Part shown: positions 9,817-19,590 of the stretch, one piece after another | Position numbering within the stretch: the first letter of the stretch is position 1 | Layout of the letters: each line of letters starts with the position of its first letter | Origin: an uncultured Actinomycetota bacterium | GTDB taxonomy: Bacteria > Actinomycetota > Actinomycetes > Actinomycetales > Kineosporiaceae | NCBI GenBank assembly: GCA_963740575.1 | Contig: CAVUET010000003.1 | Span: 870,887-934,886 of the forward strand | Reading direction: 5' to 3' | DNA length: 64,000 nt | Translations under genes and position numbers: made by a program | Notes under the pieces: model-generated | Told to the model about the DNA's origin: nothing | The model's input: only the letters and a program-made list of their open reading frames with translations | The model's database searches: none

Positions 9817-11151
9817 TCAACCGGTGGATGGCGTGGTGTCCGGGCCGAACTCGCCCCAGACGTCGAGAAAGGATCGCACGGCGGGGGATTGTCCCTGGCC
9901 GGTGATCTTGGCGCGGAACTTGTGCAGGCTGCCCAAGCCTCGATGCGAGTTCAACTCCTGCGCGGTCTGCAGGGCATCGGTGGCGGTCGCGCACGCCTCG
10001 TCAAGGCTTCGTTGACCGAGTTGCGCTCTGGCTTGGGTGACCTGGTACAGGAAGCGATTGCGACTGTATTGCGAATCGATCTGGGTGAGGGTGTCGGCCG
10101 CTGCCCTCTCGGCAGCTTTGTAGTTGCCCAACGCGAGATGGGCCTGGGCAACCAGCCCCGTCAGCTCGCCAGGCCCGAAGAAGGTCAGCCACGCGGGGAC
10201 CGGCGCGGAGGTGCCCTGACGGTCGAGCGCCCGTTCCGCCCGGGCGAAGGCGCGGGCGGAGCGAGCGGCCTCGCCGCAGCGCGCCAGGCCCGCGCCGGCT
10301 CTGGCCTGGAACAGCGCCGCGATCAGCGGGCTGTTGCGGGCTGCCTTCTGCCGTAAGGCTGCTCGGGCGATGGTGGTGCATTCGGCGGGGCGCCCGGCGA
10401 ACACGGCCTGGATCGCCATCACGACCAAGACGTGGGCATGCAGAACAGGGTCGTTGGCGATCAAGGCAAGGCGGAGCGCCTGGTTGTAGAACCGCTCGGC
10501 TGTCGTAGAGGACCCGGAGTCGAAGGCGAACCATCCAGCTGACACCGCGAACTCGCCGGCGATCGCATACAGCTCACGCTCGACCTGTTCGCTGTAGGTG
10601 CAGGTGGTCAAGGCGTCGGTGACCTGGGCGAACTCTCGGGAAGCCAGGTCGGCCAGATCACCTCCTCCATGGCGGGCATCGTGGCCGTGCAGCTTTCCGA
10701 GCCGATCCTGCAAGAACGCCATGTGGGACTGACCGATCCGACCCGTCAGCGGCACGGCCGGCGTCGAGGCGCCGGCAGCGACGCCGACGGAGTGAACCCT
10801 CAGCGCTTCGTTGGGTGCGGCGCGATCGAGACGTTGAGCGGGCATAGCGCGCACGGCGGCGCCGGCGGCGGCCAGGCGATCGAGGGAGACGCTTCCGCGG
10901 GGAATGAAGCCCAGGTCGAGCGCGGACCGCCCCAGCACATGCTCCAGCGCCAGCAGATAGCGCGGGTGCGGCCACTGCGCGGCCCCCGAGGTCCACCGGC
11001 GCACCTGGGTGTCGGTGCAGTTCCCCTGCTGGCCGAACAGGGCGGCTATCGAGTCGTTGACCCGTTCAGCCAGTTCGGCCTGGGTCAACGCCTGATCGTG
11101 CATGAGCGCGACCAATGCCGCGTTCGGACGCCTGCGTCGCGTGCCAGCCAC
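9817..11151 (-). CDS. XRE-family HTH transcriptional regulator with a C-terminal TPR-like helical domain
   Basis: N-terminal HTH LTQAELAERVNDSIAALFGQQ. Long Ala/Leu-rich TPR-like C-terminus typical of actinobacterial HTH-TPR regulators. Confidence 0.75.
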   Translation of the reverse strand: MAGTRRRRPNAALVALMHDQALTQAELAERVNDSIAALFGQQGNCTDTQVRRWTSGAAQWPHPRYLLALEHVLGRSALDLGFIPRGSVSLDRLAAAGAAVRAMPAQRLDRAAPNEALRVHSVGVAAGASTPAVPLTGRIGQSHMAFLQDRLGKLHGHDARHGGGDLADLASREFAQVTDALTTCTYSEQVERELYAIAGEFAVSAGWFAFDSGSSTTAERFYNQALRLALIANDPVLHAHVLVVMAIQAVFAGRPAECTTIARAALRQKAARNSPLIAALFQARAGAGLARCGEAARSARAFARAERALDRQGTSAPVPAWLTFFGPGELTGLVAQAHLALGNYKAAERAAADTLTQIDSQYSRNRFLYQVTQARAQLGQRSLDEACATATDALQTAQELNSHRGLGSLHKFRAKITGQGQSPAVRSFLDVWGEFGPDTTPSTG

Positions 11152-11349
11152 AGCTACCGAGCCGCCTCCACTGTGTCGGCTATGACGGGGCGATCCGGGA
11201 AGATCGTCCGCTCTTGGGAGCGTATCGCAGGGGTGGAAAACGTACGGTCGTGCAGGTCAGACGGCTATCAAACCGTCCTTCCGGGCAGGTTGCCCGTGCG
11301 TGATGCTTGATCCAGACCGGGCCGTCGGCGCCGGGAGCACAGGACGGGC

Positions 11350-12328
11350 GTGGAGGGCGAGATCGTGATCGGCGACGACGAGCGTCAGCTCGAGGGGACC
11401 GGGATCTCGGCGCTGGGCACACTGTCTGAGGCGGCCGCCTCGGCGTCGATAGCGGCTCTGGATTGTTCGGTTGCGAATAGTGCCCGGGTGTACGACTACT
11501 GGCTGGGCGGTAAGGACAACTTCGGTGTGGATCGGGAGGTCGGCGCGGCAGTCGCGGCGCTGGCCCCATGGATCGTGCCCGGGGTGCGGGCCAACCGGGC
11601 GTTCCTGCGCCGGGTCGTGCATTGCGTTGCAGACCAAGGGGTTTCACAGTTCCTCGACATCGGTGCAGGGCTCCCGACCAGGCCGAACGTGCACCAGGTC
11701 GCGCAGGCCCGCGACCCTCAGGCCCGGGTGGTCTACCTGGACAATGACCCGGTCGTGCTGGCCCACGCCCGGGCGCTGCTCGCGCGGGACGCACGGACCA
11801 TGGTCGCGGCCGGTGACGCGCGGGATCCGGCCGGGATCCTGGCCGACCCGGTGGTCATCGGGCACCTGGACTGGTCCCGGCCGGTGTGCGTGCTGCTCGG
11901 TGCGCTGCCGCACTTCCTGACCGACACCGACGACCCTGCCGGGACCGTGGCTGCGCTTCGGGCGGCGATGGTGCCGGGCAGCTTTCTGGTCATCTCCCAT
12001 TGCACACCGGGTGCGGGCCGGGCCCAGGCGGCGGCGGTCTCGCAGGCGGTGCGCCTGTACCAGGAGCAGGCCGCCCCGTTCACCCCCCCGCGACCGGCCC
12101 CAGATCGCGGCCTGGCTGCACGGCCTGGACCTGGTCACGCCGGGACTGGTGGCCGTGGACCGCTGGCGAGCCAAACCCCGGCGGCCGGGCCCGCCGATGC
12201 CGATGCTGGCCGCGCTCGCCCGAGTCCCGGGCGACCAACCCAGCCAGGTGCGGATCGCGATCCGGGGTACAGGTGGCCAGGCGGATCAGTCCCTCCTGAT
12301 GGCGCACGGAGATCGGGACCGGTAGCCC
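11350..12328 (+). pseudogene. SAM-dependent methyltransferase (actinobacterial Methyltransf_19/DUF574-like) with a +1 frameshift in a C7 homopolymer at 12082-12088
   Basis: Frame 1 carries ARVYDYWLGGKDNFGVDRE...FLDIGAGLPT...VVYLDNDPVV...QEQAAPFTPP. The conserved C-terminus QIAAWLHGLDLVTPGLVAVDRWRAKPRR continues in frame 2 (ORF 12011..12325). Confidence 0.6.
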
Positions 12329-12894
12329 CGGCTGGCGCCCCCGGGTGCTCGGGCTGGCTGCCAGGTGACCGTGCGGGCCTTGCGCTGGTGGGGCCAGCGG
12401 CGTGGGAAGGCCGCCGCTGGTCCTGCCCTCCACGCCTGCGCCGAGCAGCCGTAGGCCAGGATCCGCCTCGGCGCAGGCACCGGCGGTACCGGTGACCGTG
12501 GCCAGCCCCCAAGCTCGGTCACCGGTACCGCCCCACCTGTCCGGGATCGCCACGGCATTCGGCCCGGCCGTGGTGGTCCTCGGGGACGTGCCAACCGGTC
12601 ACGACGCACCTCGACACGGCCGTGATGGTCGGCAGCAACCCTGACGCTCGCCCCATGGTGGCGCTCGTCGTCACGCCGATGGTCACCTCGTCCTGGCCGC
12701 TGCGCGGCGGCCTGGCCCTGGCCCGGCTGGACACTGCTGTGGACCGTCGTCGCAGCGCGGGTGATGAACCAGGGCCGAACGCGCCGGGGTTCGGACGGCA
12801 CCGCGAGCGCCAGACAATCCGCGACTGACCGGTACGGCAGCGGCCTCGGTCCCCACGCCCGAGAAGGCTGCGCACTGTCCTGGGGATGGGGGCA

Positions 12895-13718
12895 TAGCCG
12901 GGCGAGGCTCACCCATCGGCCCTCATCGACCCGGCCACCATCACCCAAGCCCGAGCCCTGGCCGCCAGCCGCGCCGACGCACACACGCAACGCGCGGCCT
13001 CACCGGCGGACTACTACCTCACCGGGCTGATCACCTGCCCCGACTGCGGCGGGAAGTACATCGGCACCGCCGCCCACGGCCGCTCCCGGCCCTACCGGTA
13101 CTACACCTGCTACTCCCGCAGCCGGTACGGCCCGGCAGGATGCCCCGCAGCACGGCTGGACGCCGACGCCACCGACACCGCCGTCCTAGCGGCCCTGGCT
13201 GACTTCTACGCCCGCGCCGACACCCTCCTCGGCCCGGCCATCTCCGCCGCACAGGCCCACCACCGGGCCGCGCACGCCGACCGCCGCACCGAACTCGAGG
13301 TCATCGCTAGCCAGATCAACCAGGCCACGGCCGCGATCGACCGATACCACGCCGCGTTCGAGAAGGGCACCATGACCGACGAGACCGCCGGGCCCCGGAT
13401 CACCGAACTCCGTCGCAAGATCACCCAACTCCAGGCCCGGCGCGACCGACTCACCCACGATCTGGCCACCGAACCGCAGTCCCCGCCTCCAGCAGCGGTC
13501 GAGGCCGTGCGCAACCAGTTGCGCGAGGTCATCGCAGGCGGCAGCTCCGGGGAACGCAAGCGCGCCGTCGAAGCCCTCACCCACGAGATCCGGATCGAGG
13601 ACGACAACCTCATCCCCGTCTTCAAGATCCCCCAACCCCGCCACCCGGCACCTGGGCCGGACCGCAGCGAACCGGCAGCCACCAGCCCGATGGCCACCGG
13701 TTCGCGCAATGGTGCGAT
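12895..13718 (+). mobile_element. 3' remnant of a large serine recombinase (integrase). It lacks the catalytic N-terminal domain and has no start codon.
   Basis: Frame 1 opens after the TAG at 12892. It reads LIDPATITQARALAASRADAHTQ...YYLTGLITCPDCGGKYIG...YRYYTCYSRSRYGPAGCPAARLDA (recombinase zinc-ribbon) followed by a coiled-coil tail. The ORF runs into tRNA-Met, so the end given is approximate. Confidence 0.6.
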
Positions 13719-13860
13719 TGGTGGGGCGGGTGGGGCTCGAACCCACGACCGACGGATTATGAGTCCGCTGCTCTGACCGGCTGAGCTACCGCCCCAGCGA
13801 CCGGCCTGCCTGCCCGCCACGGCGAGCGGGATGAGCCTAACGGGTCCTGGTGGTTCCCGT
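13700..13860. repeat. Direct repeat copy A (tRNA-Met plus about 60 bp of 5' flank and a short 3' flank). Its partner is 15172-15328.
   Basis: Flank gcgaccggcctgcctgcccgccacggcgagcgggatgagcctaacgggtcctggtggttc matches ggcgaccggtctgcccgccatggcgagcgggatgagcctaacgggtccgggtggttc. Confidence 0.8.
13719..13795 (-). tRNA. tRNA-Met (anticodon CAT), copy 1, with encoded CCA
   Basis: Reverse complement is GGGGCGGTAGCTCAGCCGGTCAGAGCAGCGGACTCATAATCCGTCGGTCGTGGGTTCGAGCCCCACCCGCCCCACCA. This gives a 7-bp acceptor stem, D-arm, anticodon loop CTCATAA and T-arm GTGGGTTCGAGCCCCAC. Confidence 0.85.
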
Positions 13861-13934
13861 GCGGAGCGCAGAACGCCTGCTCTCACCCCGGCCGCGGGAC
13901 CGGCCGCGGCTTCCGTGACGACAGCTGAGTCGCA

Positions 13935-14396
13935 TCAGTCCAGGCAGAACTCGTTGCCCTCCGGGTCGGTCATCACGATGAAGCCGGCGCTCATCGGCGG
14001 CGCGGGCTCGTGGCGACGTAGCCGCGTCGCCCCCAATGCGACGAGACGGTCGCACTCGACCTCCAGCGCCAGCATCCGCTCCTGCCCCTGCAGTCCGGGA
14101 GCCGCACGGACGTCGAGGTGGACGCGATTCTTGGCGACCTTGTCCTCCGGCACCTGCTGGAAGAACAGCCGTGGGCCGTGCCCGTCGGGGTCCTCGATGG
14201 CCGATCTCGTGTTGCGCTGCTCCTCCGGTACGCCGACCCGCTCCAGGAAGTCATCCCACGCGGCCAGCGGGTCGGCGCCCTCGGGCAGGTCGACTCCGGG
14301 TGGGCCGGGGTGGACGTAGCCCAGCACGTCGCGCCAGAAGGACGACAGCGCCCGAGGGTCGTGAGCGTCGAAAGTGACCTGGACATGGCGGCTCAT
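13935..14396 (-). CDS. VOC/glyoxalase-family protein
   Basis: Starts MSRHVQVTFDAHDPRALSSFWRDVLGY...RVHLDV...GFIVMTDPEGNEFCLD. The ORF upstream of Met59 was rejected. Confidence 0.7.
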   Translation of the reverse strand: MSRHVQVTFDAHDPRALSSFWRDVLGYVHPGPPGVDLPEGADPLAAWDDFLERVGVPEEQRNTRSAIEDPDGHGPRLFFQQVPEDKVAKNRVHLDVRAAPGLQGQERMLALEVECDRLVALGATRLRRHEPAPPMSAGFIVMTDPEGNEFCLD

Positions 14397-14595
14397 CGGG
14401 TCGCTCCGTTCGTGGCGGGTTCCGCGTGCAGGTGAAGGTCGCAGTTCGTCGCCGTTGCCGCAGGCGCCCAACCGGTTCCGTCGCGCGGCATCCGCGTGGC
14501 CACTGTGGATCCGGAGCGACGGCTCACGACTGCCGGAACTGGTCTCCCTGGCGGGCAACGCCGCACTCACACTACGGGTCCTGGCCGGTCACGGC

Positions 14596-14847
14596 TCAGT
14601 AGTGGTAGCGCGCCTGGACGATGACGATCTCGTCCGCTTGGATCTTGTAGACCAGACGGTGCTCACCGTCGATCCGACGCGACCAGTACCCCGAGAGGTT
14701 CGCCGTCAGCCGTTCAGGCTTGCCGATCCCCTCACCGGGGTTGCGCTTGGCCTCCTCGATCATCCGGTTGATGCGCAGGAGGATCCTGCGGTCACCGCTC
14801 CAGGAGCAGTAGTCGTCCCAGCCGTGGTCGGAGAAGACGATCTTCAC
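14596..14847 (-). CDS. yoeB: YoeB/Txe-family toxin (mRNA interferase)
   Basis: Reads VKIVFSDHGWDDYCSWS...RINRMIEEAKRNPGEGIGKPERLTANLSGYWSRRIDGEHRLVYKIQADEIVIVQARYHY. GTG start lies 13 nt after the yefM stop. Confidence 0.8.
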   Translation of the reverse strand: MKIVFSDHGWDDYCSWSGDRRILLRINRMIEEAKRNPGEGIGKPERLTANLSGYWSRRIDGEHRLVYKIQADEIVIVQARYHY

Positions 14848-14860
14848 TGCGGCGCGACCC

Positions 14861-15112
14861 TCACTCAGCGTCGACCAGCTCGTGTGGAACCGCTCCACCG
14901 CCCTCGACCTGTGCGATGGAGCGGAGCAGCCGTTCGGCGTTGGCAGGGGAACGCAGCAAGTGAGCCGTCTCGGTGAGGGATCGGTACTGAGCCTCGGACA
15001 CCAGGTAGGCCGTGCCCTTCCGGGACACAATCTCGACCGGCTCCTGGTCGTCGTTGACCTGCTCGATGAGCGGGAACAGGTTCTTCCTCGCTTCGCTCGC
15101 CGTGATAGCCAT
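14861..15112 (-). CDS. yefM: YefM/Phd-family antitoxin
   Basis: Reads MAITASEARKNLFPLIEQVNDDQEPVEIVSRKGTAYLVSEAQYRSL. A GGGAGAG Shine-Dalgarno lies upstream. An alternative GTG start is at 15118. Confidence 0.8.
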   Translation of the reverse strand: MAITASEARKNLFPLIEQVNDDQEPVEIVSRKGTAYLVSEAQYRSLTETAHLLRSPANAERLLRSIAQVEGGGAVPHELVDAE

Positions 15113-15171
15113 GGACACTCTCCCGTCTGGTACCAGACCACGGTACCAGACGCGCGGTTGTCAACCGCGTG

Positions 15172-15328
15172 ACCGGTTCGCGCGACGGTCCAAAGTGGGG
15201 CGGGTGGGGCTCGAACCCACGACCGACGGATTATGAGTCCGCTGCTCTGACCGGCTGAGCTACCGCCCCGGCGACCGGTCTGCCCGCCATGGCGAGCGGG
15301 ATGAGCCTAACGGGTCCGGGTGGTTCGT
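15172..15328. repeat. Direct repeat copy B (partner of 13700-13860)
   Basis: See copy A. About 160 bp is conserved. The two copies bracket a 1.47 kb cassette. Confidence 0.8.
15195..15268 (-). tRNA. tRNA-Met (CAT), copy 2. Body identical to copy 1 but with no encoded CCA.
   Basis: Same 74-nt body as copy 1. The 3' end reads ...CCGCCCCAC then TTTGG. Confidence 0.8.
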
Positions 15329-15470
15329 CGCGGCGGTCACCCGCAGCCGGCACGCCGGCGCACGACCCAGCGGTATCCGGGTCCTGCCGCAGGAGCGAAG
15401 ATCAGGACTATGGTTTTGACTGGATCCGGCCACCCCGGGTCGGGCCGGGCCGCGTCACGCGGGAGCGATC

Positions 15471-16484
15471 ATGACCTGGACCCATCTCGTGCACTCCGAT
15501 CCCCTGCCGTGGCTGCTGGACACCGAGAATCCGGCGGTCCGGGCGGCGACCCTGACCCGGCTGCTGGACCGTCCTGCGGATGATCCGGAGGTGGCGGCCG
15601 CGCGGCGGGCGGCGATGCGGGCCGACCCGATCCGGGCCATCCTCGACGCGCAGCTGCCGTCCGGAGCCTGGGCCAAACCCGGCCCCGGATACTCGCCCAA
15701 GTACCGGGCGACCGTGTGGCAGGTGATCTTCCTCGACCAGCTCGGCGCTGACCCCGGCCACGAGCAGGTGCAGCGCGCCGCCGAGTACGTGCTGACCCAC
15801 ACCCAGGCTGGTACCGGGGGGATGGGCGCATCCGGGGTCCTGGACGGACAGGCGCGGCCGTCCACCGCGATCCACTGCCTGCACGGCAACCTGCTGCGCG
15901 CCCTGATCGGCTTCGGCCGGCTGGACGACCCACGCGTGCGGGCAGCCGTCGACTGGGCGGCCCGGACCATCACCGGGACCGACGTCGACCGGTACTACGC
16001 CTCGGGCACCAGCGGCCCGGGATTCGCCTGCGCCGCGAACGAGGGCAGGCCCTGCGCCTGGGGCGCTGTCAAGGAGCTGCTCGGCCTGGCCAGGATCCCC
16101 ACGTCCCGGCGCGATCCCCTGGTACGGCAGGCGATCGAGCAGGGTGTGGCCTTCCTGCTCTCCCGTGACCCGGCGGTGGCCGACTACCCGATGCCGTCCC
16201 GGGACAGCAAGCCGTCCAGCTCGTGGTTCAAGCTCGGCTTCCCCAGCGGCTATGTGACCGACGTGCTGCAGAACCTCGAGGCGCTCGCCGAACTCGGGCA
16301 CGCCCGCGACCGGCGCCTGGCCGCCGCGCTCGGCTGGGTCACCGCGCAGCAGCGCCCGGACGGGCGCTGGCTCAACCGCTACGCCTACAACGGAAAGACG
16401 ACCGTGGACATCGAGCGACAGGGCCGGCCTTCCAAATGGGTCACGCTGCGCGCCTGCACCGTGCTGCGCGCCGCCTACGGCTGA
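15471..16484 (+). CDS. Hypothetical protein, possibly a prenyltransferase/terpene-cyclase-like alpha/alpha-toroid repeat protein
   Basis: 337-aa intact ORF with repeated helical-hairpin segments. The family call is tentative. Confidence 0.4.
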   Translation: MTWTHLVHSDPLPWLLDTENPAVRAATLTRLLDRPADDPEVAAARRAAMRADPIRAILDAQLPSGAWAKPGPGYSPKYRATVWQVIFLDQLGADPGHEQVQRAAEYVLTHTQAGTGGMGASGVLDGQARPSTAIHCLHGNLLRALIGFGRLDDPRVRAAVDWAARTITGTDVDRYYASGTSGPGFACAANEGRPCAWGAVKELLGLARIPTSRRDPLVRQAIEQGVAFLLSRDPAVADYPMPSRDSKPSSSWFKLGFPSGYVTDVLQNLEALAELGHARDRRLAAALGWVTAQQRPDGRWLNRYAYNGKTTVDIERQGRPSKWVTLRACTVLRAAYG

Positions 16485-19400
16485 GCGACCTCAGCCGGCC
16501 CCCCACCCGGCGCCTCGTCCGATACCTCGTCCAGGGCCTCGTCCAGCGCGAGCAGGAACCGGTCGCAGTCAGCCTGCGAAACCACCATCGGCGGTTTGAT
16601 CTTGAGCACGTTGTGCCCGGGACCGTCGCTGGACAGCAGCACGCCCCGGCGCTTGACCGCCTCCACCCCCCGGTCCGCCGCGGCAGCGGCCGGGCGGCGG
16701 GTGGCCCGATCGGTGACCAGCTCCACGCCGAGGAACAGCCCGCTGCCGCGGACGTCGCCCACCAGCGGGTGCCGGTCCTGCAGCTCCCGCAGCCCGGACA
16801 GCAGGTGCTCGCCCAGCCGCAGGGCGTTGGCCTGCAACCCCTCGTCCGCGAGCACGTCGAGCACTGCGAGCCCCACCTCGGCGGACACCGGATTGCCGCC
16901 GAAGGTGTTGAAGTACTCCATCCCGGTCACGAACGACCGGGCGATCCGCGGCGTGGTGACCACGGCGCCGATCGGGTGCCCGTTGCCGATCGGCTTGCCG
17001 AGGGTGACGATGTCCGGCACCACCCGGTGGGACTCGAAGGCCCAGAACGACCTCCCGACCCGGCCGAAACCGGTCTGCACCTCGTCGGCGATGCAGACCC
17101 CGCCGGCGGCCCGGACCCGCCGGTACGCCTCGGCCAGGAAGCCCTCGGCCAGAACCACCTGCCCGGCGGTTCCGGGGATCGCCTCGGCCAGCAGGGCGGC
17201 CGGACCTCCGGTGCCCGCCGGCCCCGCGCCCGCCGCGGCGATGGTCGCAAGCCGCTGGTCGAGCGCCGCCAGCGACTCCCCCGGGTCGTCCCCGCACCGG
17301 GACCGGTCCGGCATCGGGACGACGTGCGTGTGCGGCGGCCTCCCGCGACCGCCCGGCCCGTCGAACTTGTACGGGCTCACGTCCACCAGCGAGGTCAGGT
17401 TGCCGTGGTAGGCGTGGTCGAGCACGACCACCTCGCGGGATCCGGTGTGCGCATAGGCAAGGCGCAGTGCAAGGTCGTTCGCCTCCGAACCGGAGTTGAC
17501 GAGGAAGCAGACCGCGAGCGGGTCCGGCAGCAGCGCGACCAGCCGCCGGGCGTAGCGTGCCACCGACCCGTGCAGGTACCGCGTGTTCGTGTTCAGCACA
17601 ACCTGCTGGCGCGCCGCCGCGGCAGCGACCCGAGGATGGCAGTGCCCGACGTGCGCCACGTTGTTGACCAGGTCGAGCCAGGCGTTCCCGTTGCCGTCGA
17701 ACAGGTACGCGCCCTCACCCCGGACGATGTGCAGCGGCTCGGCGTAGCTCAGGCTCAGCGCGGCGGACATCGACGTGCGCCGGACGCGCGCGACCTCGCC
17801 GCTGCGCAGCCCCGGATCCGCCCGCGTCCCCTCCGGGATCCCCAGCAGCAGGTTCGGATCCGGCGCGACGCTCTGCCAGACGGCCACCTCGCTGCGCGGG
17901 CAGACCCCCGGCACATCGGTGCCCCTGCCGAGCAGATCGGTGAGCAGCTGGACATGCACGTGCGGCGCCCAGCCGCCGTTCTCGTCCGTCCGTCCCACGG
18001 TGGCGATCCGCTCACCGGCCTTCACCTCCCGGCCTGGCTCGAGCACGTCCAGGGTCTCGCGGGACAGGTGCCCGAACAGGGTGAAGAACGGCACACCCGC
18101 GCCGGTCCGGTGCTCCAGGATGACCACCGGGCCGTAGTCCAGCGGCGACGCGTTGTCGTGCGCGGCATGCACGACGCCGTCCAGCGGGGCGAACACGCCC
18201 GACCCTTCGGGCACGAACAGGTCGACACCCAGGTGCACCGTGCGCCGCTCTCCCGAGGAGTCCTCGGGGGCGTACTGGCCGGAGGTGTAGACGTCCCGGT
18301 CCTCCAGGTAGCGGCCGATGCCGACCTGCGCCCCGGCCTCGGCCAGCCGGGCGGACAGCCGTTCCGGCGTCCAGGACCCCGCCCCCGTTCCGGCCGACCA
18401 GTCGAAGGTCAGCCGCGGCATGCGGGCCAGTTCGGCGCCCAGTACGGGGCTGGCCGCCGTCACCGCCAGGTGCTGGCGGACCTCGCGGGCGGACGGGTCC
18501 GGCTCGTAGCCACAGGCATCCCGCAACCGGCACAACGTCAGCCGCGGATCCTCGGCCACCAGCAGCCTCAGCAGCGCCCACACCTGGTCCTGGCTGACCA
18601 GCAGGTAGGCGTTCGCGGGGTCGCGCCCGTGCTGCCAGCCGGCCATCGCGACGCTCAGCGCGAGCCGGGTCCGGATCAGGTCCGGCAACAGCTCCAGCTC
18701 CAGCGGGTCGAGCGGGGCGACCTCGTGGTAGCCGGCCACGAGCGGCAGCAACGCCCGCACCGCGTCGGTTCCGGTCCAGGGCCCGGACCGGACGTCGACG
18801 GTGTAGGCGCAGGCCACCGCCAGCCCGCAGACCCGCGGTGCCCGGCACAGGTCGGCGAAGTCGATCAGCCCGGTGACCCCTCCGTCCGGGCCGACCAGCA
18901 CATTGGAATCGTTGGCATCGTTGTGGATCGGCTGCCACGGCAGCTGCGCCAACCGTGGTTCGACCTCGGCCGCGAAACGGTCCAGCACGACCCCGGCCAG
19001 GTCCCTGCGCTCGGCGTCCGGCACGTGCGGCAACAGGTCCCGAGCGGCGGCCGCCCGGACCAGGTTCCAGCTCAGCGACCGGTCGATCCCCGGATCGGCG
19101 AACGACTCCAGCCCGGCGTCCACCCGTGCCACCAGGGAGCCCAGCTCCCCCATCGCCCGCGCCGGATGCGGCCCGGTGGCCGCCCAGGTGGCACCCGGCA
19201 GCCAGGACAGTACCTGCACGACCTGGTTGGCCCCGTTCAGCTCGGCCGTGACCGCGGCCCTGCCGTCCCGGGCCCGGAGCACCCGCGGCAGCCCGGGGAT
19301 GCCCAGCCCGGCCAGGTGGTCCAGCGCGGCGCACTCCAGTTCCACGTCCGAGAGCGCCTCACCGGGATGCAGCTTGACCACGAAGCGGTCGGTGCCGGAG

Positions 19401-19512
19401 GTCAGCAGCGCGTTGCGGGTGCGCTCCGCGGGCAGCGGCTCGGCCCGCCCGCCGATCCCGTAGACCCGCTCGATCAGCGCCTGCTCGGCCGGCGTCCACC
19501 CGGAGCTCGACA
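16475..19512 (-). CDS. Tri-domain fusion of about 1012 aa: an N-terminal aminoglycoside/hydroxylysine-kinase-like phosphotransferase (APH fold), a central peptidase M23 domain, and a C-terminal class-III PLP-dependent aminotransferase
   Basis: - APH motif [26 protein letters not shown].
- M23 HxxxD and HxH motifs: HLGVDLF and HVHVQLL.
- Aminotransferase-III motifs: [39 protein letters not shown].
- Start ATG 19512 (SVMSSSGW). The upstream ORF extension to 20401 was rejected. Confidence 0.8.
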
Positions 19513-19590
19513 TGACGGACAGGCTACGAGGTCCCGCCGCCACCTCGGAGTCGTGGCGGTGCGGATGGTTGCCGCTCAGGTAGGGCCCGT

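Noticed and set aside
12286-12894. Several overlapping ORFs (for example 12286..12990 minus, 12402..12644 plus, 12622..12828 plus)
   Set aside because: No domain signal and mutually overlapping frames. This is interpreted as non-coding or degenerate DNA next to the recombinase remnant.
13719-13776. Last 20 codons of the recombinase ORF (...GGARTHDRRIMSPLL)
   Set aside because: This is translation of the antisense strand of tRNA-Met. The true 3' end of the recombinase fragment is ill-defined and the ORF merely reads through the tRNA.
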